Assembly: GCA_021613535.1 (NCBI GenBank)
Contig: CP075493.1
Span: 9,362,001-9,426,000 of the forward strand
Reading direction: 5' to 3'
DNA length: 64,000 nt
From: Adineta vaga
Taxonomy: Eukaryota > Animalia > Rotifera
The translations under genes were made by a program, and so were the position numbers. Positions 13,620-27,830 of this stretch are shown here, piece after piece; position 1 is the first letter of the stretch; the number at the start of each line of letters is the position of its first letter. The notes beneath the pieces are model-generated. The model was not told where the DNA came from and ran no database searches. It worked only from the letters and a program-made list of their open reading frames with translations.

Positions 13620-14997
13620 TTATTTGTGTGCGTGTGTGTGTGTGTTTGTCGTCTATCTATATATCTTGGTGCTGGTTCATAAACTTCTCGATCCGTTTGT
13701 ATACATTATGATTATCTTTTTTATAAATCAAAACAAAAAAAACGCGTATTTGTTTTCTCTCTTTTGTCTGCTAGTATTTGTGTATTATATTTTCTTCCTC
13801 CTACAAGGTGGTGCGATTTTTAAGCGCAGATAGGAAAAAAAATCGTTAACAATAGTAATACACATGCAGACATAGGTATTCTTTCTCTCTTGTATTTTAT
13901 GTTTATTAGTTTCGAGTTCATTTGTTTTGTTCTGATGTATATATACATATCTATATGAGACAAAACGTTGTTTTTTGTTTTCTTTTGCGATTTAATAAAG
14001 ATATTTCAAAAAAGAAAATCATTTGTTCTCTATAATCTAAATTTTAAGATCACAAATCTCATCGATCATAAAAGAAAAAGGCAAAAAGGTTAGTCGAGTT
14101 TTAAATAATTATAATAATATTTAACTATCCATATGCAACACAAAAAAAAATGTATGATAAGCATGTTTGATTGGTTGATAACGTATATATATATATGTAT
14201 ATGCATGTATGCATGTATAGAAAGAAGAAAAATGCGAAGAAAAATCGAACTGATGCTTTTTTGATAAATGCAAACCGACGTTAAATGGTTGATGAGATGA
14301 CGATGATAGGAAAAAAGAGGACTAGAGAATATACTGAACGTATGACAAGAAGAAAAATTATGATTATGCATTTTCTCTCGTTTCTATCAACTGTTCGATT
14401 GAGTAGCGAAGACCAAGCACCGGTCATGCTATGAATAGAACGATTATTCAGATTTTATACTTATTTTGGTTTTCTAGCAATACTCCCTCGAGAACGAACT
14501 AAGAAGTAAGTTTCATTTTCGGGTACAGAATAAACCTCGATAAAATCAAAAATACATCAATGTATCGAATGTAAAAGGTGGCTAAGTCGAACATAGAAGA
14601 AAAGAAGAACATATGAGAGATATAAAACTGATTACTATTTATACAAAGTAACATATACGATTATTTTATCCATCGAAATGTTATTTAATAAAATTCTTCT
14701 TTTAAACATTGATACAACTAAATATGTAAATTTGAATGATTACTTTTTTGATAAAAGTCATCGATATATTCCTCTTTTTCTAAATCAACAACAAGATAAA
14801 ATCAGTTCAGTTTGTAATATATCGAATTCAAAACAAGACTAAACAAGATCTTTCCCCCTTACACTATTGTCTAAATTTATGCTCTTCTTATTGATGATAT
14901 TTAACAAGATTATCACATTGAAGAAGAAAGAAGAAGAAAAAAAGAACTTGAATAAAATAACAACTAGTCTTTATTGTATCTTGTAAGACGAGAGATC

Positions 14998-17900
14998 ATG
15001 GCAGCTGAAAATCAAGATATTATGAATAACGAACGTAGGTTATCTCTAGCTAATTTTTAACTTGTTTTTTCTTCTGTATTTAAAAATGTATACATTCTTT
15101 CTTACATGTAAGAAATGTTCGTGAGTAATTTACGTTTTTTTGCACTTAGTTATGAGTATCCATGCTCTTCAGCCACCCGTTATTTTTTTTCATAAGCAAA
15201 ATAAATGAGTACGACAAGTTCTTCTCTTTCTCTCTCGCTCTTTCTATTAAGGTAGTATTTATAATCATAACATGTTTACATTTCTTTTTATAATGCATCA
15301 GATAAACGAGTAAATCGGCCAGGCATTGCAGATTCTTCGTTAGTTGAGGGCAAAAACCTATCTGATAAATGCACTACATTAAATATTTACCTGTATATAT
15401 TAATCGTATTAGCAAAAAATAAAAAAATCAATTATGACAAATGAAGCATTTCATCAAAAGAATTTTTCAGTTACATTTTCTATTCCTGATGATCGTCACA
15501 TTCCGCAACGATTATTCAGCTATAATGATTCAGAGTTTGAAGCTGGTTGGTGTATATAAATATTTTTGAGTACATGAAAAAAAAACAAACAGAAAATAGT
15601 ACAAAACTAATCTAAGCAATACTTGACATGTTTCTTGAATTATTTAGAGCCAACTATTGCCAATATTAGCTCAACGGCATTAGCAATGACGAAAACATTA
15701 CGAAATGTAAAAACATCGAAGAAAAGTTGGGATTCAGATAAAGCACTGAAAAGTACATATAAAGGCTTATTTGGTAAATATCAATTACGAGCCTACTTAT
15801 TTGTGGCTTTGGGTTATGGCATCATTGCGGCATGGTTAACAGAAATGCCAACATTTGCTTGTAAGAAATCTTTTTGTAAGATAATTGACTTTTAATCAAA
15901 TATTTAGTACTACCACCAAAAACGTTCGATTGTACACCTTACTATCCGAATAGACCAAATGTAACTGGTACATTGAATAAAACTTTCAGTAAAGAAGACG
16001 TTATAAATGGAAATTATTTACGATTTCGAAAACAAAAGCCTGTTTATAATTATACCAAAGAATATGGGCGAAGTGTGCTTACAGATGTAAGAGAATTTCC
16101 TTTTGTGTTTTTTTTTCTATTATCTTATAATAGGCATATGTCGAAAACATTTCTTAATTCAGTCCTTAGTATTCTAAAAAATAATGAATCATTTTTTTTT
16201 GTATAGTTCAATGAAATGTGTAATAAAACAAATATTAAATTAGCATATATATCTTATATTGTCGGTATGATTCTTGGCGGATTAATATTTGGCTATTTGG
16301 CCGATCATAGTGGAAGAAAAATGATTTTACTTGGTAAAATCGAATTTCCTTTTTTTTTCTCTTCTGAAGATTTTCTCATTCATTTTGAATACTTCAAGGT
16401 TCAATATGGACAACATGTGGACTATCAATATTTCAATCATTGAGCGACGATTTCTTATCTTATGCATTCTTTGCATTCTTTATTGGACTAGCGATTGGTG
16501 CTGTACATGTAATTGCTATTCCATATATTATGGAAATGGTATGACAAAAAAATCATTTCCTTCTTGATAGTGAAAATAAAATAAGATTTATTTAGTTTCC
16601 AATTGAAACGCGAGCTATTTATGGTTTAGCTTTATTGGGTATTGTATTTCTATTAGATCTCGTTATTCCATGGTTAGCATTATTAATTAAAAACTGGAAA
16701 GTTTTACAATTAGTTATTACAATACCGTTGATTATAACGGCTGTTTTATATTGGTATGTAGAACATCTGATAAGCGTTGACATTTACTTTAGTCATAGGA
16801 ATTATTCTCGAAATTTATTGGATATCATACACGAGAAGTGCATTATAGTTTTAAAAAAAAGCAAATATAAATTCTGAATAAATGTTTCGTTTTCATAGGG
16901 ATATGTCGATCGAGAAAAGGGAGGATTGATCGAAATTGAAAGACTGTTCAATTGAGTTGTGTAAATAACTTTGTTAATTTAGGAATACAGAAGAATCAAT
17001 GTTTTGGTATACAACTCAAAAAGATTATATTTCTGCTATATTATCATTGAAACGTATCGCTCAATATAATGGGGTTGTTTTTGAAGAAATCTTTCGTGAA
17101 GCAAATGATTTTCTTCGTGGAAAACATTCCAAAGGAATTCAATGTGATTTTCAACCATTACTTCGACTTGGTTCGTTTGAATTTTTGTTTATGAATTCAA
17201 ATCGAATTAATTTTCGTATTTTTAGAGGATATTGAATGTTTGAGTTCGAAGTATCCAGATTTTGATATGGTTGATTTACAAACAATGACAAATAAAAAGA
17301 ATAGTTTAACACAACGAATCTTAGAGATTATTACTGGTCATCATTATTATCCAACATTATCAACATTTTATCCAACCGATTATCTTCATTCACCAATATT
17401 AACAGTTTATTTGTTTGTTATGTGTGGTCTATGGTTTGTATTCTTGAATAAAACGAACATTGTTCTAATTTTGTTTTCTTTTCTAAAAGGTTGGTTAGTT
17501 CACTGACAGAATATAGTCTTGATATTCCGCATTTAACTCAACATTTAACTGATAATTTCTTCTCGAATTATTTCTATACTCATTTAATTCAAATTATTTC
17601 TTTTTGTACGGCTGTTCCTTTAGTCTATATGTAAAGATATTGATGATTAATCTGTATAAAATAGAATTAATTCTATCGTTTAGATGGGGACGTCGATGGC
17701 CAACATTCTGTTTCTTTCTCATTGCTGAAGTGTGTTTACTTGGCTCGGTTGCTGTGAAATTAGGTAATGATATTCCTACTTTTCTTTTCATCATAATTCA
17801 TAGTCAAATTTAGATGAAGAACAAACACGAACGGCTATGTTAGTTGTTTATTTTACGGGTAAATTTGCAACTCGTGCAGCATTTATTGTTCTGATTATTT

Positions 17901-18914
17901 ATACATGTGAAATCTTTCCAACGGGTTTAAGGTAAAAATAAGAAGAAGAAGAAGAAAAATCATGTGTATCATGATTATATTTATGATTTTAAGATGTACA
18001 ACACTTGGCATTTGTTATACATTTCGGTTAATTGGTGTGGCTCTTGCATCACCCGATATGGTAATAAATTAACGGAAAATTTATTGTTTTTGTTGTATAA
18101 ACGATTGATCTTGTAGGGTGGAATCAATGATTGGATAGCTCGACTTATCTATGGTATTTTAGCATTAATTATTGGTTCTCTAGCACTTTTATTACCTGAA
18201 ACAAAGAAATTTCCATTACCACGAACGATAATACAAGTTGAACACATGCCAACATCAGTTAGTCAAACATTTCGTCGTCGTCGTTCTACACTTGTTAAAC
18301 GATCAATTCGACCAGACGGTACACAAATTGATGCAATGAATGCATTCAGTGATGCTGGTTCAGTTCTATCAGGTGTTCGTTCTTTTCGTCCATATGATAA
18401 TCAATCGACATTACATAGTGTTTATGAATTACAAGAATTCAATCAGGATGATATGGTTCCTTCCAATATGAATCGAAATATGTCTCGTCGAATGGATTCA
18501 CGTAATGCATCATCATATCAACCATATAATACAGTTAATAGTGAGATTTGGCGACAACAACAATCAATTGCTGAGGATGTTGAAGATAGCGACGGTGATG
18601 ATTGTCGATTACGATACGTCATTCAAAAACAACAAAATTTAAATGTACCATCTAAACTTTCAATTCATCCAGATGATGATGTTATCATTTCACCTACAAC
18701 AACACATCGATTATCAACTAATAGACGTTCGGGATCGGATCAACCTACTCAACTTGAAGCGACCGCACATATACAAGCAGGTGATATAACTGAAGATCCA
18801 AAGGGAATGCCCATCGAAGTAGAAACTACCGATCAAGATGATAAACTATCTGAATCACCTCGTTATCAACGAACAATGAGTCAAGATGAAAATTACTTTT
18901 CTGAGCACTGTTGA
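14998..18914 (+). CDS. SLC22-like organic cation/anion transporter (MFS), multi-exon
   Basis: GLFGKYQL; GMILGGLIFGYLADHSGRK (MFS motif A); E(M)FPIETR; NWKVLQL; WGRR; YTCEIFPTGLRCTTLG; LLPETK; long cytosolic C-tail. First exon is ambiguous (14998 or 15434). Confidence 0.88.
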
Positions 18915-18924
18915 AAAACTTGAC

Positions 18925-18928
<4 letters not shown>

Positions 18929-18964
<36 letters not shown>
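18929..18964. repeat. (TC)18 microsatellite in the 3' UTR of the SLC22-like gene
   Basis: Perfect TC dinucleotide run directly after the stop codon. Confidence 0.95.
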
Positions 18965-18968
<4 letters not shown>

Positions 18969-21941
18969 GTCTAACTAAAACAAATAGGTTTACTCTTTTT
19001 TCTTTCTTTCTTCTACAGTGAATAGTGTGATATTGCGATGATTAATGATAGTTTTATTATAGAATAAACAGTAGTATAAAGTAGAAATTTTCCGATGTTT
19101 TCTTTTCTAAATCTATCAATGTCATGCTTACATATTTTTGTTATTCATCATCATTGTTTTATCGAAAATATCTCTCTAATCGTTTATGCATAGTATGGGT
19201 CGCCTTTTCTCTTCTTTCTTGAACAGTGTTTATTTTATATATCTTCCGCTTTTAACATGAATAAAACAGTAAAAATCAATTATAGCGTTTCTCAGTTGTT
19301 CATACGGATTGTAAGTAATATTTCATTTACCTGTTTGTAATGTACAATAGTAGAATATCACGAAGATTCTATTAAACGTGAATCGAACAGGCAACATGTT
19401 AGTAGTGAATCTTTGGTATGTCTGTCAAACATTAGAGAGATATTTAATCGGTATATTTTAGAAAATTTCTAAATCATTTGTGATAAACGATATTTATTCT
19501 AGAGATAAAATCTTCATTACAGTTGACCTTCTCTACATAATGAAAACTAAAAGGTTATTTTCATATTTTGTCTGGATTAGGAAAATAATATGACAATAGA
19601 AAATATGTTGACATTTAAAACAATATGATCGTTAAGAAAATTATCCTGAAGAACTAATCTCGAACGAGCTTTTGTCTTTAATAATTGCGTGTATGTCACA
19701 TTTTATTGCTCGAATGAATTATTTTAGTCTTTATTAATTTCAGATAATCTCAATTATGTGCACGATCGACAATAAAACAAAACAAAACAAAAGAAAGAAA
19801 CTTTATTAATCTTCAATTACAATTTGTTGTCGATGATTGTTCGACATTGTCAAGAACTAATATACAAAATATCATTTATTATATATCTTCGTGTCTCATT
19901 AGATGTAAACTAATTCTTTTGTTTTAATTTGATCGTGTGAAAAATACTTAAAAAGAAAATTACTTTTTGACAATCGTATTTCTATCACACTTGAAATTTG
20001 TCTACAAAACGATTAATTTGTCACATACATATATATATATATGTATATATGATATTCATGGATCAATCGATGGAAATCTAATAGGACGATGTTAATATTG
20101 TTGTATTTCGAAGTAGAAGAAAAAGATTTGAAGAAAATCTTTGTGAACAAAAAAAATAGAGAATAAAATAAAACCTTGAAGAAAGAAAATTAATTTCTGA
20201 GAACAATATATTGTTAAGAGTGCTTTTTTCTTCTTGATTTTTTTTTCTTTTCATGCTTTTTTTTGTTCCAAAGACATTTTCTATTTATTTTACATATTCA
20301 TAATAAATGCTGAACATGGAGAAATAATCGACACCTGAAACCAAGTATTATTTTTCCTTTTCTTTTTCATTGACGACGAATTTCTTTTATCAATCAAATA
20401 TACCTTTTGCTTTTACTCTATTAACTATAGATTCGAGAATTCCTTTAGGTTTTCTTTTTGATCGCGTCTTATAGGTTTGTTTTTTGTCTATGATTGTTGT
20501 TCTGAGATAAATGAAAAAAGAGCACATGCGTTTACTTTTTTGAAGACACGTACAGAGAGATAAATGATAGACATAGAGACATTTTATTGATAATATTCAC
20601 AAAAACTAGACACTCTTGCACGCACAATGACTCCATTTTCAGACAAGATACATAAGTTTTCTTTTTGCGTGATTTTGAATCTGTCTATATATAGACGTAT
20701 ATGCGTATTCATATGTGTTATAAAAAGAAGAAGAAAAACTGAAGAGTAGATTTAAATGACTAAGAATAACCCAATCAATTGTATACAATTCAATTATTTG
20801 TTAAATAAATACTCGGATGGATAAGTCATTTTTATTTCCGAATTCATCAATGACGAGAGAACATGCAGAGATCAGTTTGTTTCTATATGTCAATAGAAGA
20901 AACGACAATGTATGTGTTGGTAGAAAGCATTCAGGATGAATCAACGACATCAAACAGAATGAAAATGATTAGCAATACACGCGTTGATAGTATGGAATCA
21001 ATGATGGTGTTGTTACACCAGACAGAATAGCAACCTGGCTAGTATGGTGATAGTAATCGTGAGAAAAAATTGGCGAGAAGGAAGAGGAAAGAAAACATTC
21101 CAAAATAAAAATATGATATGTTAGACAGTCAAATACTCTAGTTAGCTATAAAAAAAAAACGTTTTCTTTCATCTCGTTAATAATACATATCTTATTGATC
21201 ATAGTGGATGTGAAGAAAAAGGTATTTATAAATCAAACAATGAGCATACTGTTATTAGTTATAGTTAACATGAGGAAATAATCATTCTAGTTAGTCTATA
21301 TTCCTGAAAGGTATAGGAAAAGAAACGGAACAAAGATAAGATTTTTTTGTCTATTTCTTCCTTCGTTCTTTTAATAATTATTTCGAAGAAACTTATATGT
21401 TATCTTTTTTTTCTTCTACTTTACTACTTCATTATAGATGCTTTAATGGTTAGAGATTAAATGTAGAACTAATCTAAAAATAGTTTTTCAAAGTTAATTA
21501 ATAGAAGATTTAGCTTGACTTAATCAGATAAGTTCTGTAATTTGTCGTTTTTTTTGCATTAATGACTTTCGCTCTTTCGAATGAGATGATGTTCTAGTAT
21601 AGAGCTTTCTATTTTTTTATCGTCTGCCAGTCGATATAGATTAATATTTGTGCTCGATGTTTTCCATTCGTCGCTCGATGAAAAAATAAGACGACAGCTG
21701 TAAACAGCACCTGATACCATTGATTCGTTATTATAGATGTAAATGTTATTTCTGATCGTTTTGTAAGTAATAAATATTGCTGCTGAATTCTAGAATGATG
21801 CTATTAATCCTTTTGTCTTCGATCTTTCTGTCTTATCCCAGACTTCCAACTGCGATGATGATTACTTCTTATTATACATAAAGCAAGTGATAACAAGAAG
21901 AGAATAAAAAGAAAAATATTGATAAGATTCTAAACAAGTAG

Positions 21942-23962
21942 ATGATGGCATGGCATCGTTTACGTTGGTGTTTTCGATTGTTACGATCAAAAACTGGTCG
22001 AATGATCATCATGCTTATTCTAACAGTTGGTATAGCCATAGCTGAAATTATTTATGGAATTCGAACGAAATCGCAATTACTCATTGCTGATGGACTTTTT
22101 TCATTTGCAGAAGGTATTGCATTAGTTGGTTCATTGATAGCATTACGTTATGCTAAAGCTCAACGTTTACATGCAAAAAATACCTTTGGGTAAGTTTAGT
22201 TTTTGATGAAAAGAAATCAAATCGTTTTGATTTAGTTGGGCACGATTAGAACTATTGGCTGGTCTTTTACAAGAAGTTCTTCTTTTATCATTGTCACTTT
22301 CGATTATAATTGATGCTATTAATAAATTAATCAATCCAACTCATATTGAAGATCCATCAGCAATGATTTATCTTGGTTTTGCTGGTGCTTGCATTGGTCT
22401 GTTAGGTTTATTTCTCTTTCATGGTTATCATCATGATCATAATATTGGAAATGAAATCGTTGAACAGAAAAAAAATGATTTTGTTCAAAGTGTTTGTCAT
22501 ACATTAAGAAATCTTGATAGTAATCAAGAACAACAAATCAATGAACAAAATAATGTTTTACTTGCACCTGAAATCATCATTAATGAAACATCATTAACTA
22601 TTGATGAAGAAAAACGCCAAAAACATGAATTGGTATTACCATCATTAAATGATACATATACCAATGCATTTATAACAGCTGAAAAAGTTCAATTAGAGGA
22701 TCAAAAACAACAATTACGTTTACCAAATCGAATAACAAGTGGATTAAATCGTGTTCGAACTCGAAGTGGTGAATCCGTTGGTTATTCGACATTGATATTA
22801 AATGAAGATAAAACTGAATTAGATGATGATTTTCAAGAATCAAGAGTTTATGCAACACTTCATGCATTATGTCTACATTCATTGGTAAACATTCTCGATT
22901 TCGACAGATAGGTCAAGAATCTCGTTTTTCTTTCTCATCTATTAAAAACAAGTGCCATTAGTCATGTATCGATATATATATATATATATTATTTTTGACT
23001 CGTTTTCGGATATGATCTGTATTGTTGTTATTATTATGACGAGATCTATTAGATTCTTTGAACTTTCTATTCTACTCATCTGTATGCTGTGTTATTAACA
23101 AAAAAATAGAGGTTTGGTTAGTCGAGATGCACTATAGAAGCAAGTAAACAAACAAGTCATTAAATACTTGAAAAATTACTGCAACATGTTCGGAAATACT
23201 CTTTTAAGTTATTCATCGTCATCATATGAGTTCATTTCTCTTTTGTCTATACTTGAATATCATTAGTTTCTCACCTTGCTTTTCTTAATCTAGGCCGTTC
23301 TTCTTGAATCAGCAATTGTTCTTTGTTCGGGTTTATTAAATAAATTCATCCCCAATGTAGATTCTATTACACATCAACCAGTGAATATCTGGTTGAAATA
23401 TATTGATCCTTCTTTAACATTACTAATGGTAATTATTATAGCAGTTAAAGCTATTCCTGTTGTTTGGTCACTTGGACATATTCTTGTTGAAGCAGTTCCA
23501 TCTGGTATAGATACTCGTCACTTAATTCAAACAATTATGAAAACAATTCCCGAAATACGAGCTGTACATAGTGTACATGTCTGGAGGTAATTGTCTATTA
23601 TTTTGATTTCTCGAGAATGAAAATCAATCAATTCTTTTAGAGCAACAGCTCGAGATGTTTTTGCCACTTTACATGTTGTTTGTAGTGAAGATTTATCATT
23701 AAGTACTTGTACAGAATTATTCGGTCGTCAATTACAAAAAATATTTGAAACACATTGTATTCGTCATTTTACTTTACAATTTGAATATATTCCAGCAGGT
23801 GAAAATATTCATAAATGTGCTTATGGTACACGTCGACGACATCGTGGCCATCAATCTAGTTCAGAAGATAATGATAACATAATTCAATCACAGATTGATA
23901 TTCGCGTTAATTCATTTCAAACTAATCATATAGTTCTTCAAGCTGCTGGAGAATATATTTAA
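21942..23962 (+). CDS. Cation diffusion facilitator, ZnT1/ZnT10-like (SLC30), 4 exons
   Basis: KNTFG/WARLELLAGL; His cluster HGYHHDH after TM4; YIDPSLTLLMV; ILVEAVPSGID; VHSVHVWR; ATLHV; HFTLQFE. These follow the CDF transmembrane and C-terminal domain motifs. Confidence 0.92.
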
Positions 23963-24690
23963 AAGTCATTGACAAAATCTTTCTTTCTTATTTTGCATTT
24001 TCATGTGATAGATGCATGTTTTCTATTTTATTTTTTTGTAAATCATTCCAAAATTTTTACTTTGTTTTTTTTTCTACGTGTTCTTCAAAAATAGATTGTA
24101 TTGTTTTGTTTTCTTTTTTTTCGCTGTTCGAATTTATATAGATAGAAGAAAATATCAATCTTGCCGGTGATTGAATACGAACAAGAGACTAGAAACTAAA
24201 GAATTTTGTGTGCAAATTTTTGTAGAATAAATCTTATTTTTTACATGTGTAAGTTTTTAGGTCAAAGAGATATGATTGAGATAATCGAAAAAACAAGTCC
24301 AGGGAATCGAGAAGAATGTTTTCCAAATAAACGTATTTATTTTCATTGAGAAATGGAACGATGATTGCCTGGAAAATTAAGAACATGATTAGTAATGCTC
24401 TGCATAATGACAAAAGATAATTATAGAAATCAAAGATAGTTCTACAATCGATACCATACAGATTTTTAATCATTCATTTCATTGCTTTATAGACTCTATC
24501 GGATTCTAGAGAGGAACGTCAAGTCTAGTCTTAAATGTTAGTTATTTTACTAGATTTTTTTTGTTTTTAATCGTTTAACTTCTTCTTTCATTTTTCAATA
24601 AACAGATGCAAAACAACAACAACAATAAATAGCAAGAAATCAAGCGAATTTTTCTGAACATATTGTTGTCGTTTATTTTGTTGTTGTCTT

Positions 24691-25416
24691 TTAACGATAA
24701 CGACGAAGACTGAGTTGTTGTCGGCGTTTCCAGCATGTACGACGTGAACCACCTGTGGCAAGTGAATAACGATGACCATGACCAAGTCCACGAGATTTTC
24801 GTCCAGCTGATGTTAAACCACGTAATTCACGATGTTTCTTGTTAGCTCTACATATCCAATTAATACGTGCATCATTACGAATACCTATTCGACAAAAGAG
24901 TTTAAAACATATTAATTTATCAATTTTCATTCTATACCTTTGTGGCATGGATCAATAAGGATAACCTCATAAAATTTAAATGTTGCATCTTGGGCAATCC
25001 AATATGAGTTCAAAACACGTAATGTAGGACAACGACGACCAACACGTTCTTCAGCGACCGATTGTAATGATCGTTGAAATTTCAATTGATTAATACCTTG
25101 ATGTTTGGGTTTACCATAGACTTGACCTTTTGGTACTGGTTTCTTACGTGAACCACGACGAACACGGACACGATAGATAACCTATAGAGAAAATTCATAT
25201 AAGACTTTTTCGGAATAAAATTTTTCTGGATTTATTTACGTAGCCAGCTTTAGCTTTATAACCAACACGGCGAGCTTTTTCAGGTCGAGTCGATTTTGGT
25301 GCACGATGAATAGCAGCTAATTGTCGATAATGCCATGTACGAATACGGAAAACAAAACGCATGACATCACTTTGCTTTTTGCGATAAAGCTCTTGCAAAT
25401 ATTTATAGGCACCCAT
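24691..25416 (-). CDS. RPL15: 60S ribosomal protein L15 (3 coding exons)
   Basis: [21 protein letters not shown]...[15 protein letters not shown]; [24 protein letters not shown]; [19 protein letters not shown]...LSLRRYR*. Confidence 0.99.
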
Positions 25417-25518
25417 GATGTTTTCTGTGTGTTCCTAGAAATAAATCTACAAAAGAACAAATAATTTCTATAAATTAACTGATCCTTCGATTTTTTATTC
25501 GTCATTGATACTCTTGAT

Positions 25519-25535
25519 AAAAACGAAGAAGAATT
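25519..25535 (-). promoter_or_regulatory. Pyrimidine-rich TCT/5'TOP-like start of RPL15
   Basis: Minus-strand TTCTTCTTCGTTTTT lies just before a putative 5'UTR intron (about 25435-25511), as expected for ribosomal protein genes. Confidence 0.4.
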
Positions 25536-26477
25536 TAGTATTAATAAACAACAAAAAACTTCGGTGGATATTTTCCATAATCTACCAGTTTTGGACATTT
25601 AAGATACTTGTAAAATTTAAACGGAATATGAAGATGATTTTTTCAATGTTTTCATTCTATTGAAAATATTTCAATTATTTTTAAATATACAAAGGAACAG
25701 AAGATTGTTCAATTTGAGATAATTATTTCGACAGAGGGCGCTATTGTCTGATTCGGCATATGTTCATAAACATCTATATATACTATATACTATAAGATAC
25801 CAATGAACAAAGAAACAGAGTCAATAACCATAAGCTAGTATTATGATTATATACATCTCTTGTATAGTTCCATACATAGTTCTCGTCTTCCTCCTTTTCT
25901 TTTTGTTTCTGTATCCTTCATGTATCGGAACGTCATTGATTAACCATAAGACGTCATCAGATCATTTTTCTTAACTATCGGTCTATATTGGTTCAAATAT
26001 CTAGAGTTGTTTTTTTCAATAGTTACAAATACGATATCCTTGTTACTTTTTTTTTTCCGTTAATAAATTACTCTTCTTCGTTAGTCAATCAAGAAAACTA
26101 TATCATTTAATATTCTTTCCATATTCTCGGATACCTGTTATAGACATTTCCGATCTCTCGTCTAGTTTGTTCCATATATGTCAATCCTTGTCCCGAATTT
26201 CTTCCTGGCAACGGAAAAAATCTAATGTCAGGGTCGGTAAATATCGTCGAACAAGTTTCTCTTCATGGCTATACCATTGCACAACGAGAGGTAGTGTTAT
26301 ATAAAAGACATTTTTCTTTAAAATGTATAAGATAAACAAGAGAGAGAGAACGTCAATATTCTGTGTCATTGAAGGAAAGAAATATATATGTCATAGAATA
26401 ACTCGTGAGGAAAACTATTCATGATTTTTTTTGTTTCTTAAATATTGTAGAAATGTTTTTATATTGATAACGAACTG

Positions 26478-26783
26478 ATGTTGAGAGAAGTTATTACCAG
26501 TAATAATTCTTCAATCGATTGTATTCGTGAAAATTGTACAAATGAAATATCAACATCACTTGCTACAAATACAATTTCCAATTCTTTTCTTATTATATTA
26601 ATCTTATCAATTTTATGTTTATTTGGTGTTTGTTTTATGCTTTTTGGTCCATTACAACGATCCGAAGCTCATAAACGTGTGGAAAATTTTACCTTTGGTC
26701 GTCATCCAATTTTTAATGTTGATCATCGAGAACAATCAACAGCGACACGTTATGAAGAATCCATGGAATTTTCTAATATTTGA
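26478..26783 (+). CDS. Small single-pass membrane protein of unknown function (101 aa)
   Basis: ORF preceded by an AG acceptor; N/T/S-rich N-terminus with NxS/T sites, one TM helix FLIILILSILCLFGVCFMLF and a polar C-tail. Confidence 0.6.
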   Translation: MLREVITSNNSSIDCIRENCTNEISTSLATNTISNSFLIILILSILCLFGVCFMLFGPLQRSEAHKRVENFTFGRHPIFNVDHREQSTATRYEESMEFSNI

Positions 26784-26908
26784 ACAAGTGATTTGTTTTT
26801 GTCCTATTTTTTGTTTTATTATTTGTTATAAAAATAACAAAACATGTCGATTGAAATGAAGAGATAACAAACAAAAACTGGCATATGATGTTTTCCATTG
26901 ATAAATCG

Positions 26909-27830
26909 TTATTGAAAAAATGAATCATTTTGATACTGACGACATTCAACAGAATCAAGTTTTGTATTAGCCGTTGAAATATCATTTTGAATAGCAGCAA
27001 CTAATTCATCTAAATCAAAGATTTCAAGTCAGAAAAATATCTTATTATAGCTCCTTAATTAAAGAGAAGAAAATATGACGTCATTGTCAGCTTCTAAATT
27101 AGAGTACTTAATAATAGAGTAAGAAATACTTTTCTAATCGTTTGTCAAATCCTACGATACTCCCATCGCCAATGTTTTGCGATATATTCTTCTGGGTACA
27201 ATTTTCTTTCCAAATAATCTATTAAATAACTATATTTAGTTTGTATACTATCCAGTTACAAAATATCAGCGTTCTAAATTTGCTCATCTCTTTTAAAGTC
27301 AAGTGATGGATTCTTTGAATTAAATGATTTCATATTCGATGACATACTTGCATTATTAAATGTTGTCATCTTTCGTATTTCTCCAAGAAGAACTATTTTT
27401 AATGTTTCACCATAGAAATCTTCTAGAAATTCATGTAATATATGTGTTTCCTAAATAGATTTATAAGTTTATCAAACTTTAATATGATAAAGTTTTGTCT
27501 TACCATCGTCTTCTTTTCACCATTATAAAACGGATTGGTTCCAACACTAGTCACCATTTTATAGATTTCATTGTTACTCTTCGTTAATAATTTAGCCCAA
27601 CCATAATATACACCTTGATAGATAGATGATGGCAATTTTTCTACTGTTTCTTCATCGAAATTTGCTAAAATTTAACGAAGAAATGTGTATAAGCTTTTTT
27701 TTGTTTTTTCAAACAAGAAAACTTGCCTAAAGCTATCAATACCTGTTGGACAACCAAGTTCTTTACTACCACGACCGAAACCATGAACAATCGTACCAGA
27801 TGTAAAGTATGGAAATGGTGAATTTGTCAT
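26909..27830 (-). CDS. RFK: Riboflavin kinase (4 exons)
   Basis: MTNSPFPYFTSGTIVHGFGRGSKELGCPT/ANF...GVYYGWA...MVTSVGTNPFY...ETHILHEFLEDFYGETL...NELVAAIQNDISTA...FFQ*; PTAN motif split by an intron. Confidence 0.96.

Noticed and set aside
20617-20623. TGCACGC metal-response element ~1.3 kb upstream of the ZnT gene
   Set aside because: A single 7-mer; equivalent matches occur elsewhere in the window (about 24208 and 40526), so it is not distinguishable from chance.
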